Assembly (NCBI GenBank): GCA_028864975.1
Contig: JAGWLG010000014.1
Location: 12,613 to 76,612, forward strand
DNA length: 64,000 nt
Direction of reading: 5' to 3'
Source: Thermoplasmata archaeon
Lineage (GTDB): Archaea > Thermoplasmatota > Thermoplasmata > Lutacidiplasmatales > UBA184
Program-made: the position numbers and the translations under genes
Notes under the pieces: generated by a model
The model's database searches: none
What the model saw: the letters and a program-made list of their open reading frames with translations, nothing else
What the model was told of the DNA's origin: nothing
In this document: one piece after another, positions 35,867 through 45,845 of the stretch
Layout of the letters: each line of letters begins with the position of its first letter
Numbering within the stretch: position 1 is the stretch's first letter

Positions 35867-37135
35867 TCAGCTGCGACGGCCCGGGACCGGGCCATGACCC
35901 GCCGCCACCTTCGCATGAGAAGCGGCGGAGGTCGAAAGCGACAGGGGAGACGCATGCTGAGGCCGTTCCACTGGTGCAACTTGAACGGACGGTTCCATGA
36001 GGTAGGGAGTCGCAGCGCGGTTCTCTAGATTCAAGGCTCGGTGAATCTGAGCAAGGGCACGGAAGTGGTAAAGCAAGAAGACAGAGACATCGTGGAACTG
36101 CGAACGCCCTCCTTGCCTCGGGAGCCCTGGGACTCCAACTTCGACCATGGAGAGGCCGCCTCGTCCCGCACGGAGAGTCTGTTCGATCGCCCAGTTGCTT
36201 TCAGAGATGGAGAGTATCGTCGGAAGCTTGACCGACCGAATGGCCCGGTAGCCGGAGGTAAGGTCGGTGAGTGAGTATCCGGTCATGCGGCGCACCAAGG
36301 AGGTGTAGATCCGGATGCCCGCCCGCCTCGTAGTGGAGAGTGTCGGGAACGTTCCATCGACAAGTCGGGAGGCGATCACGTAGTCGGCTCGCCCCAGGAG
36401 GATCGGTCCCACTATGCTCGGTAGTGCCCCGGCGTCGTGCTGACCATCCGCGTCCATCTGTACAACGATATCCGCGCGGGCCCGCAATGCGGCGAGAAAG
36501 CCCGTCGTTAGAGCCCCCCCAATCCCCAGAGCGTAGGCGTGACGAAGGGTGATAGCCCCTGCGTCGCGAGCGATCCCTCCCGTCCAGTCGTTCGAACCGT
36601 CATCAATGACGATGGCCCGCTGGTCCACGGCGGCCGCGTTCCGTTTCAGCGAGGCGAGGACTCCTGGGAGCGCCGACTGCTCGTTCTTGGCGGGAATGAC
36701 GACGGCCACCCGGGGTCCGCTCCTCGGGCTCTTCGCCCAGCTTTCGATCTGAGCGCTCGCTCCCTCCAGGGCCATTTCCCTCGTGAGCGCGGCCAAGTGC
36801 TGCTCGCTGCGCAGGGTCTTGAACCAGAAGAACGAGCCAATCAGGGTGATCGTGAGCAAGAGGGCGTCCCAGAGCACGTACCCGCCGGGACTGGTCTTGG
36901 GGATAGGAAAGAGAAGTCCGAAGATGTCCGGACGGACCCAGAGAACCCCTAGGAGCCCGAGGAAGGCCATGGCCCAGACCGTGGACCGCAGCCCGAGCCT
37001 TCCCATTCTCCATATCGCGAACAGAAGGACTTCCACGGAGACGAACAAGACGATCGAGAGCCAGCTCGCCCAGATCGTGGGCAACCCTTGCCCGAGATTC
37101 ATGGGCAGGGTCCACAGCGGGAGCGCTGGGAGCAC
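35867..37135 (-). CDS. GT2 polyprenol-phosphate glycosyltransferase-like protein with N-terminal DUF2304-like membrane domain
   Basis: Three TM ending RSEQHLAALTREMAL, then VIPAKNE, IDDGSND, QMDADGQH, DLTSGYR. GTG 37135 lies 28 nt after a TTATATA box (ATG 37102 is an alternative). Confidence 0.85.
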   Translation of the reverse strand: MLPALPLWTLPMNLGQGLPTIWASWLSIVLFVSVEVLLFAIWRMGRLGLRSTVWAMAFLGLLGVLWVRPDIFGLLFPIPKTSPGGYVLWDALLLTITLIGSFFWFKTLRSEQHLAALTREMALEGASAQIESWAKSPRSGPRVAVVIPAKNEQSALPGVLASLKRNAAAVDQRAIVIDDGSNDWTGGIARDAGAITLRHAYALGIGGALTTGFLAALRARADIVVQMDADGQHDAGALPSIVGPILLGRADYVIASRLVDGTFPTLSTTRRAGIRIYTSLVRRMTGYSLTDLTSGYRAIRSVKLPTILSISESNWAIEQTLRAGRGGLSMVEVGVPGLPRQGGRSQFHDVSVFLLYHFRALAQIHRALNLENRAATPYLMEPSVQVAPVERPQHASPLSLSTSAASHAKVAAGHGPVPGRRS

Positions 37136-37162
37136 ATTGCGGAGATTTACACCGATGGCTGG

Positions 37163-37169
37163 TATATAA
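37163..37169 (-). promoter_or_regulatory. TATA box for the DUF2304-GT2 gene
   Basis: TTATATA on the minus strand, 28 nt before an in-frame GTG. Confidence 0.5.
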
Positions 37170-37421
37170 GCGAGGCCGTAGACATACGCCTCGCTATTCC
37201 ATGTCACGGCACAGTCACAAGGTGGACCCAAGTCGAGACTGACGCTCATATACCGGTGCTTCGACTGAGTGCCCGGAGCAGGGGAGCCTATGGACGCTCG
37301 AGAAGCCAAGCCCGTCAGGGTGGCCCGCGCCATCCAGGCTCCACGACTCGCTTCTCCGGGGGCCCCCCCAACCGCGTCAGCCTCCCTCCAGCACCCCACG
37401 AGAGCCTCCACTCCCGCTTCC

Positions 37422-38222
37422 ATGATGTTCGACGACCTCACCGAGGTACCGGTCGACGTCACGGTCGTGGTCCCGACCTTCAACGAGCGTGAGAGCATCG
37501 CGCCCCTTGTCCGGGCCCTGGAGGCGGTCCTCAATCCCCTCCCATATCGCACCGAGATCGTGGTGGTCGACGATGCATCCCCCGACGGCACCGCGGAAGT
37601 GGTTCGCCGACTTCCCACTAGGGTGCCCACCCGGATCATAGTTCGGCATCACGACAAGGGGCTGGCCTCTGCGGTCCTTACCGGCGTTTCGGCAGCGAAG
37701 GGGCGGGTCTGTCTCGTGATGGACGCCGACGGAAGCCACCCGCCCGACATGGCCCCGGCGCTGATCGAGACGGTGCTCGAGGGGCGGGCCGAAATGGTCC
37801 TCGCCAGCAGGTATGCTCCTGGCGGGACCACCGATCAAGGATGGCCATCGGCTCGCCGACTGATGAGCAGAGTGGCGACCTGGTTGGCTCGCCCCCTCAC
37901 CTCCGTGCACGACCCGATGACCGGGTTCTTCGCCCTCGATTCCCGTATCCTGTCCCGAGGGGATCTATCTCCGATCGGCTACAAGATCGGTCTCGAGTTC
38001 CTCGTGCGATGCCGCCCGCACCCTGTGCTCGAGGTCCCGTTCGTCTTCCGGGACCGACGCGTGGGCAACAGCAAGATGTCGTTCAAGGAGGTGTTCCGAT
38101 ATGCCCGGCACCTCTCCCGTCTCTATCTCGACCGGATGGAGGGGAAGTTCGGACCCTACATCCCCTCCCCAGATGTGCCCCCGGGGGGGGAGAAGACGGC
38201 CTCTCCCGGGCCGACGCTCTAG
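37422..38222 (+). CDS. Polyprenol/dolichol-phosphate mannose synthase-like GT2 (Dpm1/Ppm1 type)
   Basis: VVPTFNE, VVDDASPDGT, MDADGSHPP, ASRY..GG, DPMTGFF, GYKIGLE, EVPFVFRDRRVGNSKM. Confidence 0.93.
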   Translation: MMFDDLTEVPVDVTVVVPTFNERESIAPLVRALEAVLNPLPYRTEIVVVDDASPDGTAEVVRRLPTRVPTRIIVRHHDKGLASAVLTGVSAAKGRVCLVMDADGSHPPDMAPALIETVLEGRAEMVLASRYAPGGTTDQGWPSARRLMSRVATWLARPLTSVHDPMTGFFALDSRILSRGDLSPIGYKIGLEFLVRCRPHPVLEVPFVFRDRRVGNSKMSFKEVFRYARHLSRLYLDRMEGKFGPYIPSPDVPPGGEKTASPGPTL

Positions 38223-38542
38223 GACAGCTCGACCTCGATCTGCCCGTCTTCCACCCGCGTGTGGTAGACCTGCAGTTCGCGGGTCTTCATCGCGCCGTAC
38301 GGCCCCTGGAGCACGATTCCGCTCTTGACGTCGAAGACCGAGCCGTGGCGGGGACAGGTCAGTCGATTGCCCTGCAACTTGCCTTGGGCGAGGTCGCCCT
38401 GGGCATGGGTGCACTTCGCAGCTGTAGCGTAGACCTGGTCCATGTGGTGGATGAGGAGGATGAGGTGACCGTTGAGATCGATCTCACGCATCCCTCCTGG
38501 GGGGACTTCGCTCCGGGCGACCCCCGTTCTCACCCAAGCCAT
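38219..38542 (-). CDS. Rieske [2Fe-2S] ferredoxin
   Basis: CTH (AKCTHAQG) and CPRHGSVFD ligand motifs; start ATG 38542. Confidence 0.93.
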   Translation of the reverse strand: MAWVRTGVARSEVPPGGMREIDLNGHLILLIHHMDQVYATAAKCTHAQGDLAQGKLQGNRLTCPRHGSVFDVKSGIVLQGPYGAMKTRELQVYHTRVEDGQIEVELS

Positions 38543-38598
38543 ACAAGGCCCCACCTCCGGCTCGTACAAATGCTTCGCGCAGGAGAGCCTTCGCTCGA

Positions 38599-40764
38599 CT
38601 AGGAGGGATGGAGACTGACCGCCGCGGTTTCGATACCGGCACCAGGGTCGAGCTGGTAGGCCGCGATCTGGACGCCGATCGCGGGGGCTCCAATCGTGAA
38701 GTTGAGGACGATGGAGGTCCATCCCCCGCCCCGCAGCAATGAATGCGGAACGTAGAGGATCGCGTCAGGATCTCCCGCGAAGCCTTCGACATGGAGGAAC
38801 AGCACCGAGCTAGTGTTGGTCGGCGGAGCGCCTGGGCCCATCGGTTCCTCGGCCAGAAGGACGTCCATCGAATAGTTCCCCACGGGCAGCGACACCGCGG
38901 GCGTGTCCCAGAGGTGGGTGGTCTCTCCGGGCATGCCCCAGAGGGCTTCGTTGTAGGGGGTTCCGGGAGCCGCGAGCAGGTTGGTGGCCGGGTCTGCGAG
39001 GAGCGCGGCGGGGGTCCAAGCCCAAAGTGGGTGGACGGGACCCCCCAGTAGAAGAGCAGGCCCGTGGTATCCACTTTCGAACAGGATTACACCGCCGACG
39101 GGAGTTTCCTCCACGATTCCCACCACCCCATAGTCGCCCGTCGAGTACAGTATTTCGTCCAGCCAGGAGGGGACCAACCAATCGCGGTTCTCCGAGATCA
39201 GTACGTAGCGGGGGAGTTCGGCCGAGCTGAACGGAAGAAAGGCCGGGTACTGGTTCGGGTCCCAGTACAGACTGTAGGCATGGAGGTTGTTCGCTACGAG
39301 GGGAAAGAGGTTGTCCGAGGCCAGTACGACCGCACCAGGGGGGATGAGCGAGACTAGCTGAGTGACGTCGCTGTACCCGGGGGGGACCTCATATGAGAAC
39401 TGGTAGGCGGCCCCCTGCCCGGAGTCATGCAGGACAGGGTCGAGCGGGCTCATGAGGAGATTGACTGCGACAAGAGCGGTGACGGTCACCGCCACGGTTC
39501 CTCTGGAGGGACGCCGGAGCCCCACCGGGCTCGCTCGTCGCTGCGCCCCGGTAGAGGTCTCCTGCCACCATCCCTGGAGCCTTCGAAGACCAAAGATGAA
39601 TGAGAGCATCAGAGGGATCGCGAAAATGTACCCATACTGGAATCCGATGATCGAGAAGTTCGCATTCGTGTTGAAGACGGTGAAAATCCACCATGGGAAC
39701 GCCAGGACGTACCCTCGCAGCGACAAGAGGGGGACCAGGCCAAGCAGCGCGTATGTGATGATCCAGAACGAGAGCTTCCCGAAGGGGTCCACGGAGGCCC
39801 CCCCGAGACCGACTCCGAGAAGCCCTGGAGATGCCCCAATGACGCCCTCTCCAGGAGCCCGCACGATCGGAGAAATCGGGGGAAGCCCCAGGAGAGGTTG
39901 TATCCAGAACGACTGAAGGAACCGCAGAAAGTAGTAGCTCACGATGGAGGCGAGGAGGAGGGCAGCCGACACCTGGTGGCGTCGGTCGAGGAGGTACCAG
40001 CGTAGTTGGGCTCCGAGAGGGCGGAGCAACGCTCTAAGCCGTTGCGAACCCCAGCTTGAACGCCAACCTTGAAGCAGCCCACGTAGGCCGTCCCTAGAAG
40101 GGAGAAGGAACACCAGGGCTATTGTCGCCATGAGTACGGGAGCAATCTCCATGGTCAGAAGGGCCACCACGGCGACAGCCGCACCCCAGGCGTACTGGCG
40201 ACGGTACCATAGCAGGAAGAAGGTGAAGAACTCCACCGGGAGAAACGCCTCGACATGGAAATCGTAGATGCTTGAACCGATGACCGCCGCGGAGCACAGG
40301 AAGAGCAGAGGTGGAGTGAGCGCGATAGGTCCGCGCCCAACAACCTCACGCGAGAGGAGATAGAGAGGAATCGCCGCCCCGGCCACCACAATCGACTGGA
40401 GAGTGAAGAGGGTCAGCGGCGAGGGCAGGGCATCGTACACGGGAGCCACGGCGAACAAGACGAAGGAGGTGTGGACCTCAAGGAACGAGGGATACCCCGC
40501 GACCTCGAAGTCGGCGGCCTCGTAAAGTGGACGACCGTGCCCGACGGACCATAGCGCCTGTTGGTAGAGCCCCAGGTCCCAGGTGGTCGCCTGCAGCTCG
40601 AGCACTCGAAGCTCGTCGATCGTAACTGTGGCGATTACATAGAAGACCATTCCGCCCAAGAGCACCAGGTACGGACGCCGAAGGATCCGTCGTACGAGCC
40701 TGGCCATCGAGTCGAGGGGACCCCCGGCCTGCTGGGTAGCTCCGCCAGGATCCAGCGGGGTCAT
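38599..40764 (-). CDS. DUF2079-like polytopic membrane protein (GT-C-like), copy 1, with extra C-terminal beta domain
   Basis: WDLGLYQQALWS, FLEVH, YDFHVEAFLP, GFQY, ASDNLFPLVAN. Confidence 0.85.
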   Translation of the reverse strand: MTPLDPGGATQQAGGPLDSMARLVRRILRRPYLVLLGGMVFYVIATVTIDELRVLELQATTWDLGLYQQALWSVGHGRPLYEAADFEVAGYPSFLEVHTSFVLFAVAPVYDALPSPLTLFTLQSIVVAGAAIPLYLLSREVVGRGPIALTPPLLFLCSAAVIGSSIYDFHVEAFLPVEFFTFFLLWYRRQYAWGAAVAVVALLTMEIAPVLMATIALVFLLPSRDGLRGLLQGWRSSWGSQRLRALLRPLGAQLRWYLLDRRHQVSAALLLASIVSYYFLRFLQSFWIQPLLGLPPISPIVRAPGEGVIGASPGLLGVGLGGASVDPFGKLSFWIITYALLGLVPLLSLRGYVLAFPWWIFTVFNTNANFSIIGFQYGYIFAIPLMLSFIFGLRRLQGWWQETSTGAQRRASPVGLRRPSRGTVAVTVTALVAVNLLMSPLDPVLHDSGQGAAYQFSYEVPPGYSDVTQLVSLIPPGAVVLASDNLFPLVANNLHAYSLYWDPNQYPAFLPFSSAELPRYVLISENRDWLVPSWLDEILYSTGDYGVVGIVEETPVGGVILFESGYHGPALLLGGPVHPLWAWTPAALLADPATNLLAAPGTPYNEALWGMPGETTHLWDTPAVSLPVGNYSMDVLLAEEPMGPGAPPTNTSSVLFLHVEGFAGDPDAILYVPHSLLRGGGWTSIVLNFTIGAPAIGVQIAAYQLDPGAGIETAAVSLHPS

Positions 40765-40870
40765 GGGCCGAGCAGACCCCTCGGAGGTAAGAGCCTACCC
40801 ACGATCCTGCAGGCGACGTCGCTCCCGGGGAGGGACGAGGCTCTGCCCCAATGATGCCCGACCGCCCCTA

Positions 40871-42652
40871 TCACCCACCGATGCGGCCTGTTGAATCCAC
40901 GCTCGCATCCCGTCCGGCCGAGGGTTCGTAAAGGGACGACAGGGGCTGGGTGCTGGCCACTTGGTAGAGCTCAATCGTCCCCTTCGGTACACCGGTCACC
41001 TCCCCGATAAGGTCGTACGCTGAGGCATTCCCCAACAGCACGAGCAGCCATGCGGGAACGCCGTTCACCTCATTGGAGGAGATTAGGACATACGTGGGGA
41101 GGTGCGAGACGTTGAACGGGAAATGATGCAGCGCATCGGTGCCCGTAGGGAAGAAGGAGTAGGCGTTCACGTCGTTCGCGACCAGCGGGAACAGGTCGTC
41201 GCTCGCTACGACGACGGCCCCGGACGGGATATGGGACGCTAGCATCTCCACCTCAGCAAACTGTGACGGTGGGAGGTAGCTCACCTGGTACCCACTTCCC
41301 TGCTGGTGGTTCTGCATCAGGGGGTCCAGAGGAGACAGACCCACTTCGAGGATCACCATGGCCACTAGCGCCCACGATAGGAGGCCAGGGTGCCGCGCCC
41401 ATAGGTCCCAACGCGCATGCGAGGCCGGGATGTCCGAGGTAGTATGACCGCGCATTCGTGGCCTCGTCCGGATTGTCGAGGGGTGCATCCTCAGCGCGAA
41501 CTCTGGGAGCGAGATGTCGAGGTCAGAGACCCCATAGACGAAGCCCACCAGCAGCGGGACCACGGGAAGGAAGCCATATTGCAACCCCAGCTTGGTGTAC
41601 TCGAGACTACTGAGGAAAGTGTAAGCGAGCCAAGGGAGGACGAGAATCTGGGTCCTCAGAGCACGGAACGGCAGGAAAGCAACGAGGGCGTAGGCAAGAA
41701 CCCAGTACCCGACCCTCTGGGAGACCCCTATGACGATGTGGGAGGGCTGGAGGTGAAGGTCTCCGCCCACGAACGGGACGGGTGGGTTCGCCGCGGGCAT
41801 CAATGGGGTCAGCAGGACGACCGACGGGTCGTCCTGCATCAGGCGCAGAAGCCCAAAAGCAGCGACCGAGGCCAATAGCAGGATCATCGTTGCCCGGGTC
41901 GTCCGAGGCACCAGCCACCGTCGGACGATGCTGACGGTGTCTCGTATCCACCCTTCGGGCGGCCGCCGCCCCGCTCTGACTCCTTGGACTAGGGACTTGT
42001 ACAGCTCCCCGAGGGCCGGATAGAGAAAGTAGAGTGCAAGGGCCCCGACCAGGAACGGTGTCACCTCGATGGTCGCGAAGCTTAGGAAGGCAACAGCTGC
42101 TCCCCACCAGTACCTCCCTCGTTTCCACAAGAGAAAGATGGTGAAGAGCTCTAACGGCAGGAAGGACTCCAGGTGAAAGTCGGCGAGGTTTGCAGAGATA
42201 AGCAACGGGGAGACCAGGTATACTCCCGCGGATAGGAGCGACTTCTTCTCCGACCCCGTGACGTCCAGAGCGATCCAATATAGGGGGAACGCAGCCAGGC
42301 CTACGATCAGCGCTTGGAGGGCGAACAGCGTGATCGGGGATGCTGCGAGGGTATAGACGGGGACGAGAGCCACCACGACAAACGAAGGATGGATCTCGAA
42401 GAGCGAGGACGCACCCGATTGTTGGTAGTCATCGGCTTCGTAGAGGGGGTGGCCATGACTAGTGGACCAGAGCGCCTGTTGGAATGTGCCTATATCCCAG
42501 TCTCCGGTCGCAAGTTCCACGTAACGGGCCGTGGAGAGCGAGAGCAAGACGACGATGTAGACCAGGACGAAGAGGACCAACAACGGGTGCAGATCCTGGT
42601 GCCGCGAAACGTTCGGGAGGCCTTCCGCTGCTTGGGTCCTCCGCGCCTGCAT
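40871..42652 (-). CDS. DUF2079-like polytopic membrane protein, copy 2
   Basis: WDIGTFQQALWS, LFEIH, ADFHLESFLP, GLQY, ASDDLFPLVAN. Confidence 0.85.
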   Translation of the reverse strand: MQARRTQAAEGLPNVSRHQDLHPLLVLFVLVYIVVLLSLSTARYVELATGDWDIGTFQQALWSTSHGHPLYEADDYQQSGASSLFEIHPSFVVVALVPVYTLAASPITLFALQALIVGLAAFPLYWIALDVTGSEKKSLLSAGVYLVSPLLISANLADFHLESFLPLELFTIFLLWKRGRYWWGAAVAFLSFATIEVTPFLVGALALYFLYPALGELYKSLVQGVRAGRRPPEGWIRDTVSIVRRWLVPRTTRATMILLLASVAAFGLLRLMQDDPSVVLLTPLMPAANPPVPFVGGDLHLQPSHIVIGVSQRVGYWVLAYALVAFLPFRALRTQILVLPWLAYTFLSSLEYTKLGLQYGFLPVVPLLVGFVYGVSDLDISLPEFALRMHPSTIRTRPRMRGHTTSDIPASHARWDLWARHPGLLSWALVAMVILEVGLSPLDPLMQNHQQGSGYQVSYLPPSQFAEVEMLASHIPSGAVVVASDDLFPLVANDVNAYSFFPTGTDALHHFPFNVSHLPTYVLISSNEVNGVPAWLLVLLGNASAYDLIGEVTGVPKGTIELYQVASTQPLSSLYEPSAGRDASVDSTGRIGG

Positions 42653-42679
42653 GGAGCGTTCTTCCTCGACCTCCCTGAC

Positions 42680-44467
42680 TCAGGAGTGGCCCGTGCAGTC
42701 CGATTGCAAGTAGACCGGACCCCACCAAGAATAGCCCAACTCATACAGGTACACAGAACCCACCGATGTGCAGACCACCGAGGCGCGCAGCCCAAACTCG
42801 TAGTTCTTGAAAATGGCCGCGGAAAGCCAAGAGGGGACGGTTGGGGCAAACTCGTCAGAGTAGAGCACGAACTGCGGAAGGTGTGAGGCATTGAAAGGAA
42901 GGTAGGACCCATTGGTGGGGTACCAATAGAACGAGTAGGCGTGGACGTTGTTCGCGACGAATGGGAACAGCTCGGTCGTCGCCACCACGTACGCGCCCAC
43001 TGGCACCAATTGGGCGAGCCTCTGCACGTCCTGGAACCCCGGGGGGTGGTCGAACGAGTTCCAGTAGCCCGGGGGATATGCGTCCCTCTCGGACGGGGTC
43101 GTGGTCAGCGGGTTCGCAGGACCCACCGCGAGGTTCACAACGAGCACGATCGCCAATCCCGCCACGAGCCCTCCGCTCCGGTAGAGCTCGCGTAGGCCCG
43201 GAAACCTCGATCCACGGGACCTCACGAGGGCGCGAATCGACGACACAAACCTGGCTACGAACGCCCGGAGGGTCGTCACCGGTAGCTTTCGGACCCCGAA
43301 GGCCATCCCGACGAAGACCCCATAGGCGGCCACCAAACTGTACTGGAATCCTATGGAGACGTAGTTGAGATCAGGGCTGAAGAACGTGAAAAGCATCCAT
43401 GGGAGTCCCAACAGAAGCGCCCTGGGGCAGAGGAGGGGAACGAACAGGACAAGGGCGTAGACCAGGACCCAGTACTCCAGTTTCGCTCCGAGGAAGTCCT
43501 CGAGGAACCCCCATCCCAGGCCGAGGCTCGAGGGTGTAAAGCCCCATTGCTTGCCGGAGGAGGGGACAGAGCCACCGAGGATAATCGAGGACCACGGGCC
43601 CTGCAGCATCCTGAGGAGAAGGTACGTGGCGCCGGCGAGGACCCCCATGAAGAGGCCCATCAGGATTGTGCGTCTCTCCGGCCATGCGAGGCGGAGCTCG
43701 CTCGAGGCCTGCCAGGCACCGCTCTGTGGTCGGCCGAGTAGATGTCCTTTGATCCGCTCGAGCCAGCCCCAACGCACCTGGGGAACGAGAAAGAAGAGGG
43801 CGGTGGAGATGACGAAGAGCGGTCCAATCTCCAACGTCAGCATCGCCACGACCGCGCTGACGACTGTCGCGACCCAACGCTCGAGGTACCAGAAGTAGAA
43901 CAATGAGAAGAGCTCGAGCGGAAGAAATGCCTCCAAGTGGACATCGTACATCTGCGAGGCGAGGAGGGGCGTCCATGCGAGATAGAGGACGGCGACCCAG
44001 AGCGACTTCCCGCTCGATCTGGTGATTGAGACGGTAAGCGCGTAGAGGGGAATGGCGGCGAGCGCCACCACGACGCTCTGAACCGCGAGGAGCGTGAATC
44101 CGGATGGGAACACCCAGTAGATCGCAGCCAGGGGATAGAGCATGAAGGAGGGATGGACCTGAAAGAAAGATGACGCCCCGATGGTCTCCGAGCTTCCCGA
44201 GTTGTAGAACCCCTGGCCGTGCGAGCCGGTCCATAGGGCCTGCTGCATGATGCCGAAGTCCCAGTTCTCATCGTAGAATCCCATGAGTCTGAGAGAGGAG
44301 AGCGCGAAAGATCCTAGCACGTAGATGGCGACTGCGAGCCACAACAGACGCGGCAAGCGTGGATGGGAGAGCCGAGGTGCCCCCCTCGCGCCGTCCGGGT
44401 CTCGAGGTCGCTCCTGCTCTGACTGGCCTTCCTCTAGGCTAGGGCCAAGTTCCCGGGCGTCGTTCAT
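42680..44467 (-). CDS. DUF2079-like polytopic membrane protein, copy 3
   Basis: WDFGIMQQALWT, FFQVH, YDVHLEAFLP, GFQY, ATTELFPFVAN. ATG 44467 overlaps the FkbM stop (ATGA). Confidence 0.85.
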   Translation of the reverse strand: MNDARELGPSLEEGQSEQERPRDPDGARGAPRLSHPRLPRLLWLAVAIYVLGSFALSSLRLMGFYDENWDFGIMQQALWTGSHGQGFYNSGSSETIGASSFFQVHPSFMLYPLAAIYWVFPSGFTLLAVQSVVVALAAIPLYALTVSITRSSGKSLWVAVLYLAWTPLLASQMYDVHLEAFLPLELFSLFYFWYLERWVATVVSAVVAMLTLEIGPLFVISTALFFLVPQVRWGWLERIKGHLLGRPQSGAWQASSELRLAWPERRTILMGLFMGVLAGATYLLLRMLQGPWSSIILGGSVPSSGKQWGFTPSSLGLGWGFLEDFLGAKLEYWVLVYALVLFVPLLCPRALLLGLPWMLFTFFSPDLNYVSIGFQYSLVAAYGVFVGMAFGVRKLPVTTLRAFVARFVSSIRALVRSRGSRFPGLRELYRSGGLVAGLAIVLVVNLAVGPANPLTTTPSERDAYPPGYWNSFDHPPGFQDVQRLAQLVPVGAYVVATTELFPFVANNVHAYSFYWYPTNGSYLPFNASHLPQFVLYSDEFAPTVPSWLSAAIFKNYEFGLRASVVCTSVGSVYLYELGYSWWGPVYLQSDCTGHS

Positions 44468-45516
44468 GCCTTCGTGGCGATCCCCGCCCGAGAGGCGTAG
44501 ATGGGCCCCTTGATTCCCAGCAGGTTCGTGTTCAGCACCCGTCGAAGGTCTTGGGGCGCTCTCAGACTTCGGAGCCCATAGCCGCGACCAGCATCCGAAC
44601 GGGTCACTTGGAACAGTGAGAAGCTGTTGCTGAGAGCCTCCCACATCTGTTGAGATGCGAACTGCCGGTTCCATTCCACGATGACGGCCATGTCCTCCGT
44701 CGACCGAAGGAAGTTCGACATGCCGCGTATCACCGCGAGCTCGCTCCCCTCGACATCGATCTTGACGACGGCGGCGCGGGACGCGGGCAGCACCCCGTCG
44801 AGGGAGACGACCTGAACCGCGAACTCCCGCGACGATGGCGAGCCACTGACCAGGCTCCCCCAGCCGTCCTCAAAACGCTCGACCCGTAGCACGCCCTCAG
44901 AGCGCTTCTCGCCCGCGGCCTCGCATCGTGTTGAAACGAGGCCCTCGGCCGAGTTCAGGCGGACGTTGGCCTGGAGACGTCGAAAGACCTCGGGGTTCGG
45001 CTCGAAGGCCACCACGCGACCGTTCGGTCGCACCCACGACTGTGCGAGGGCAGTGAAGTATCCGCTGTTCGCGCCAACGTCAACGAAGAGCTCCCCCGGA
45101 CGGAGCAAGTCGCCAAGGAGGGCCGTGGTTTCGGGCTCGTAGGACCCATCGCGGCGAAGCGCCCAATAGGTACGCACGTCCCGCATCTGGCGAAGATCGA
45201 GATCGAGCTTGCCCTCCGACAGGGGAACCACAAGGCTCGGTCCCACAGAGGAAAGAAGCTTGGCCTGGTAGAGATGGAACCAAGTGATCATGAACTTCTG
45301 CGCCCACCAACTGCTTCCTGGAACCCGTGAAGTGAGGTCCACCACCTTAGCCCAGCCGGCACCCCTGTCGCGGGGGGGGTGCCTGCCTCCGAACCCGCCT
45401 AAAGGGGCCACCGCAGCGCGCGCTCCTATCCCCGCGGTCCTCCCCGTTGCAACGGCTGGTGAGGACCGGGAGGACACGTCCATCCTAGCACCCTGAGGTC
45501 GTCGTACGAGATTCAC
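44464..45516 (-). CDS. FkbM family methyltransferase
   Basis: YEPETT, FVDVGANSGYF, VVAFEPNP, VKIDVEGSELAVIRG. Start may be later than 45516. Confidence 0.93.
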   Translation of the reverse strand: MNLVRRPQGARMDVSSRSSPAVATGRTAGIGARAAVAPLGGFGGRHPPRDRGAGWAKVVDLTSRVPGSSWWAQKFMITWFHLYQAKLLSSVGPSLVVPLSEGKLDLDLRQMRDVRTYWALRRDGSYEPETTALLGDLLRPGELFVDVGANSGYFTALAQSWVRPNGRVVAFEPNPEVFRRLQANVRLNSAEGLVSTRCEAAGEKRSEGVLRVERFEDGWGSLVSGSPSSREFAVQVVSLDGVLPASRAAVVKIDVEGSELAVIRGMSNFLRSTEDMAVIVEWNRQFASQQMWEALSNSFSLFQVTRSDAGRGYGLRSLRAPQDLRRVLNTNLLGIKGPIYASRAGIATKA

Positions 45517-45845
45517 TTCGGCGGGACCAGCGGTCTATCGGGGAACCACGGGATTGACCCCAGCATTCTCGGGTTCCAGATGATTTCATGAGACTCGCCC
45601 CCCACTCGTTCATCTTCCTTGGTGGTGACGGACGATGGAGGTCCTCTCATCGCCGAATTGTCAGTTGCCCAGGGGCGGGTATATATTCCTCTTGTCCCGG
45701 CAGTGGAACTTCATGCTGTGATGACGAGTCGAAGTGTCCTGTTGAGTGCCCGTCGACGTAGGGACCGTGGGGGGAGGGTCTCGTTCTACCAAACGGAGAT
45801 TACGCTTCCGAACTCTGCACACTAGCCGGGGTACCAAGAGATCCT

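Noticed and set aside
37136-37639. N-terminal 168 aa of the track ORF 35867..37639
   Set aside because: Overlaps the Dpm1-like gene on the other strand and lies upstream of a TATA box; probably not translated.
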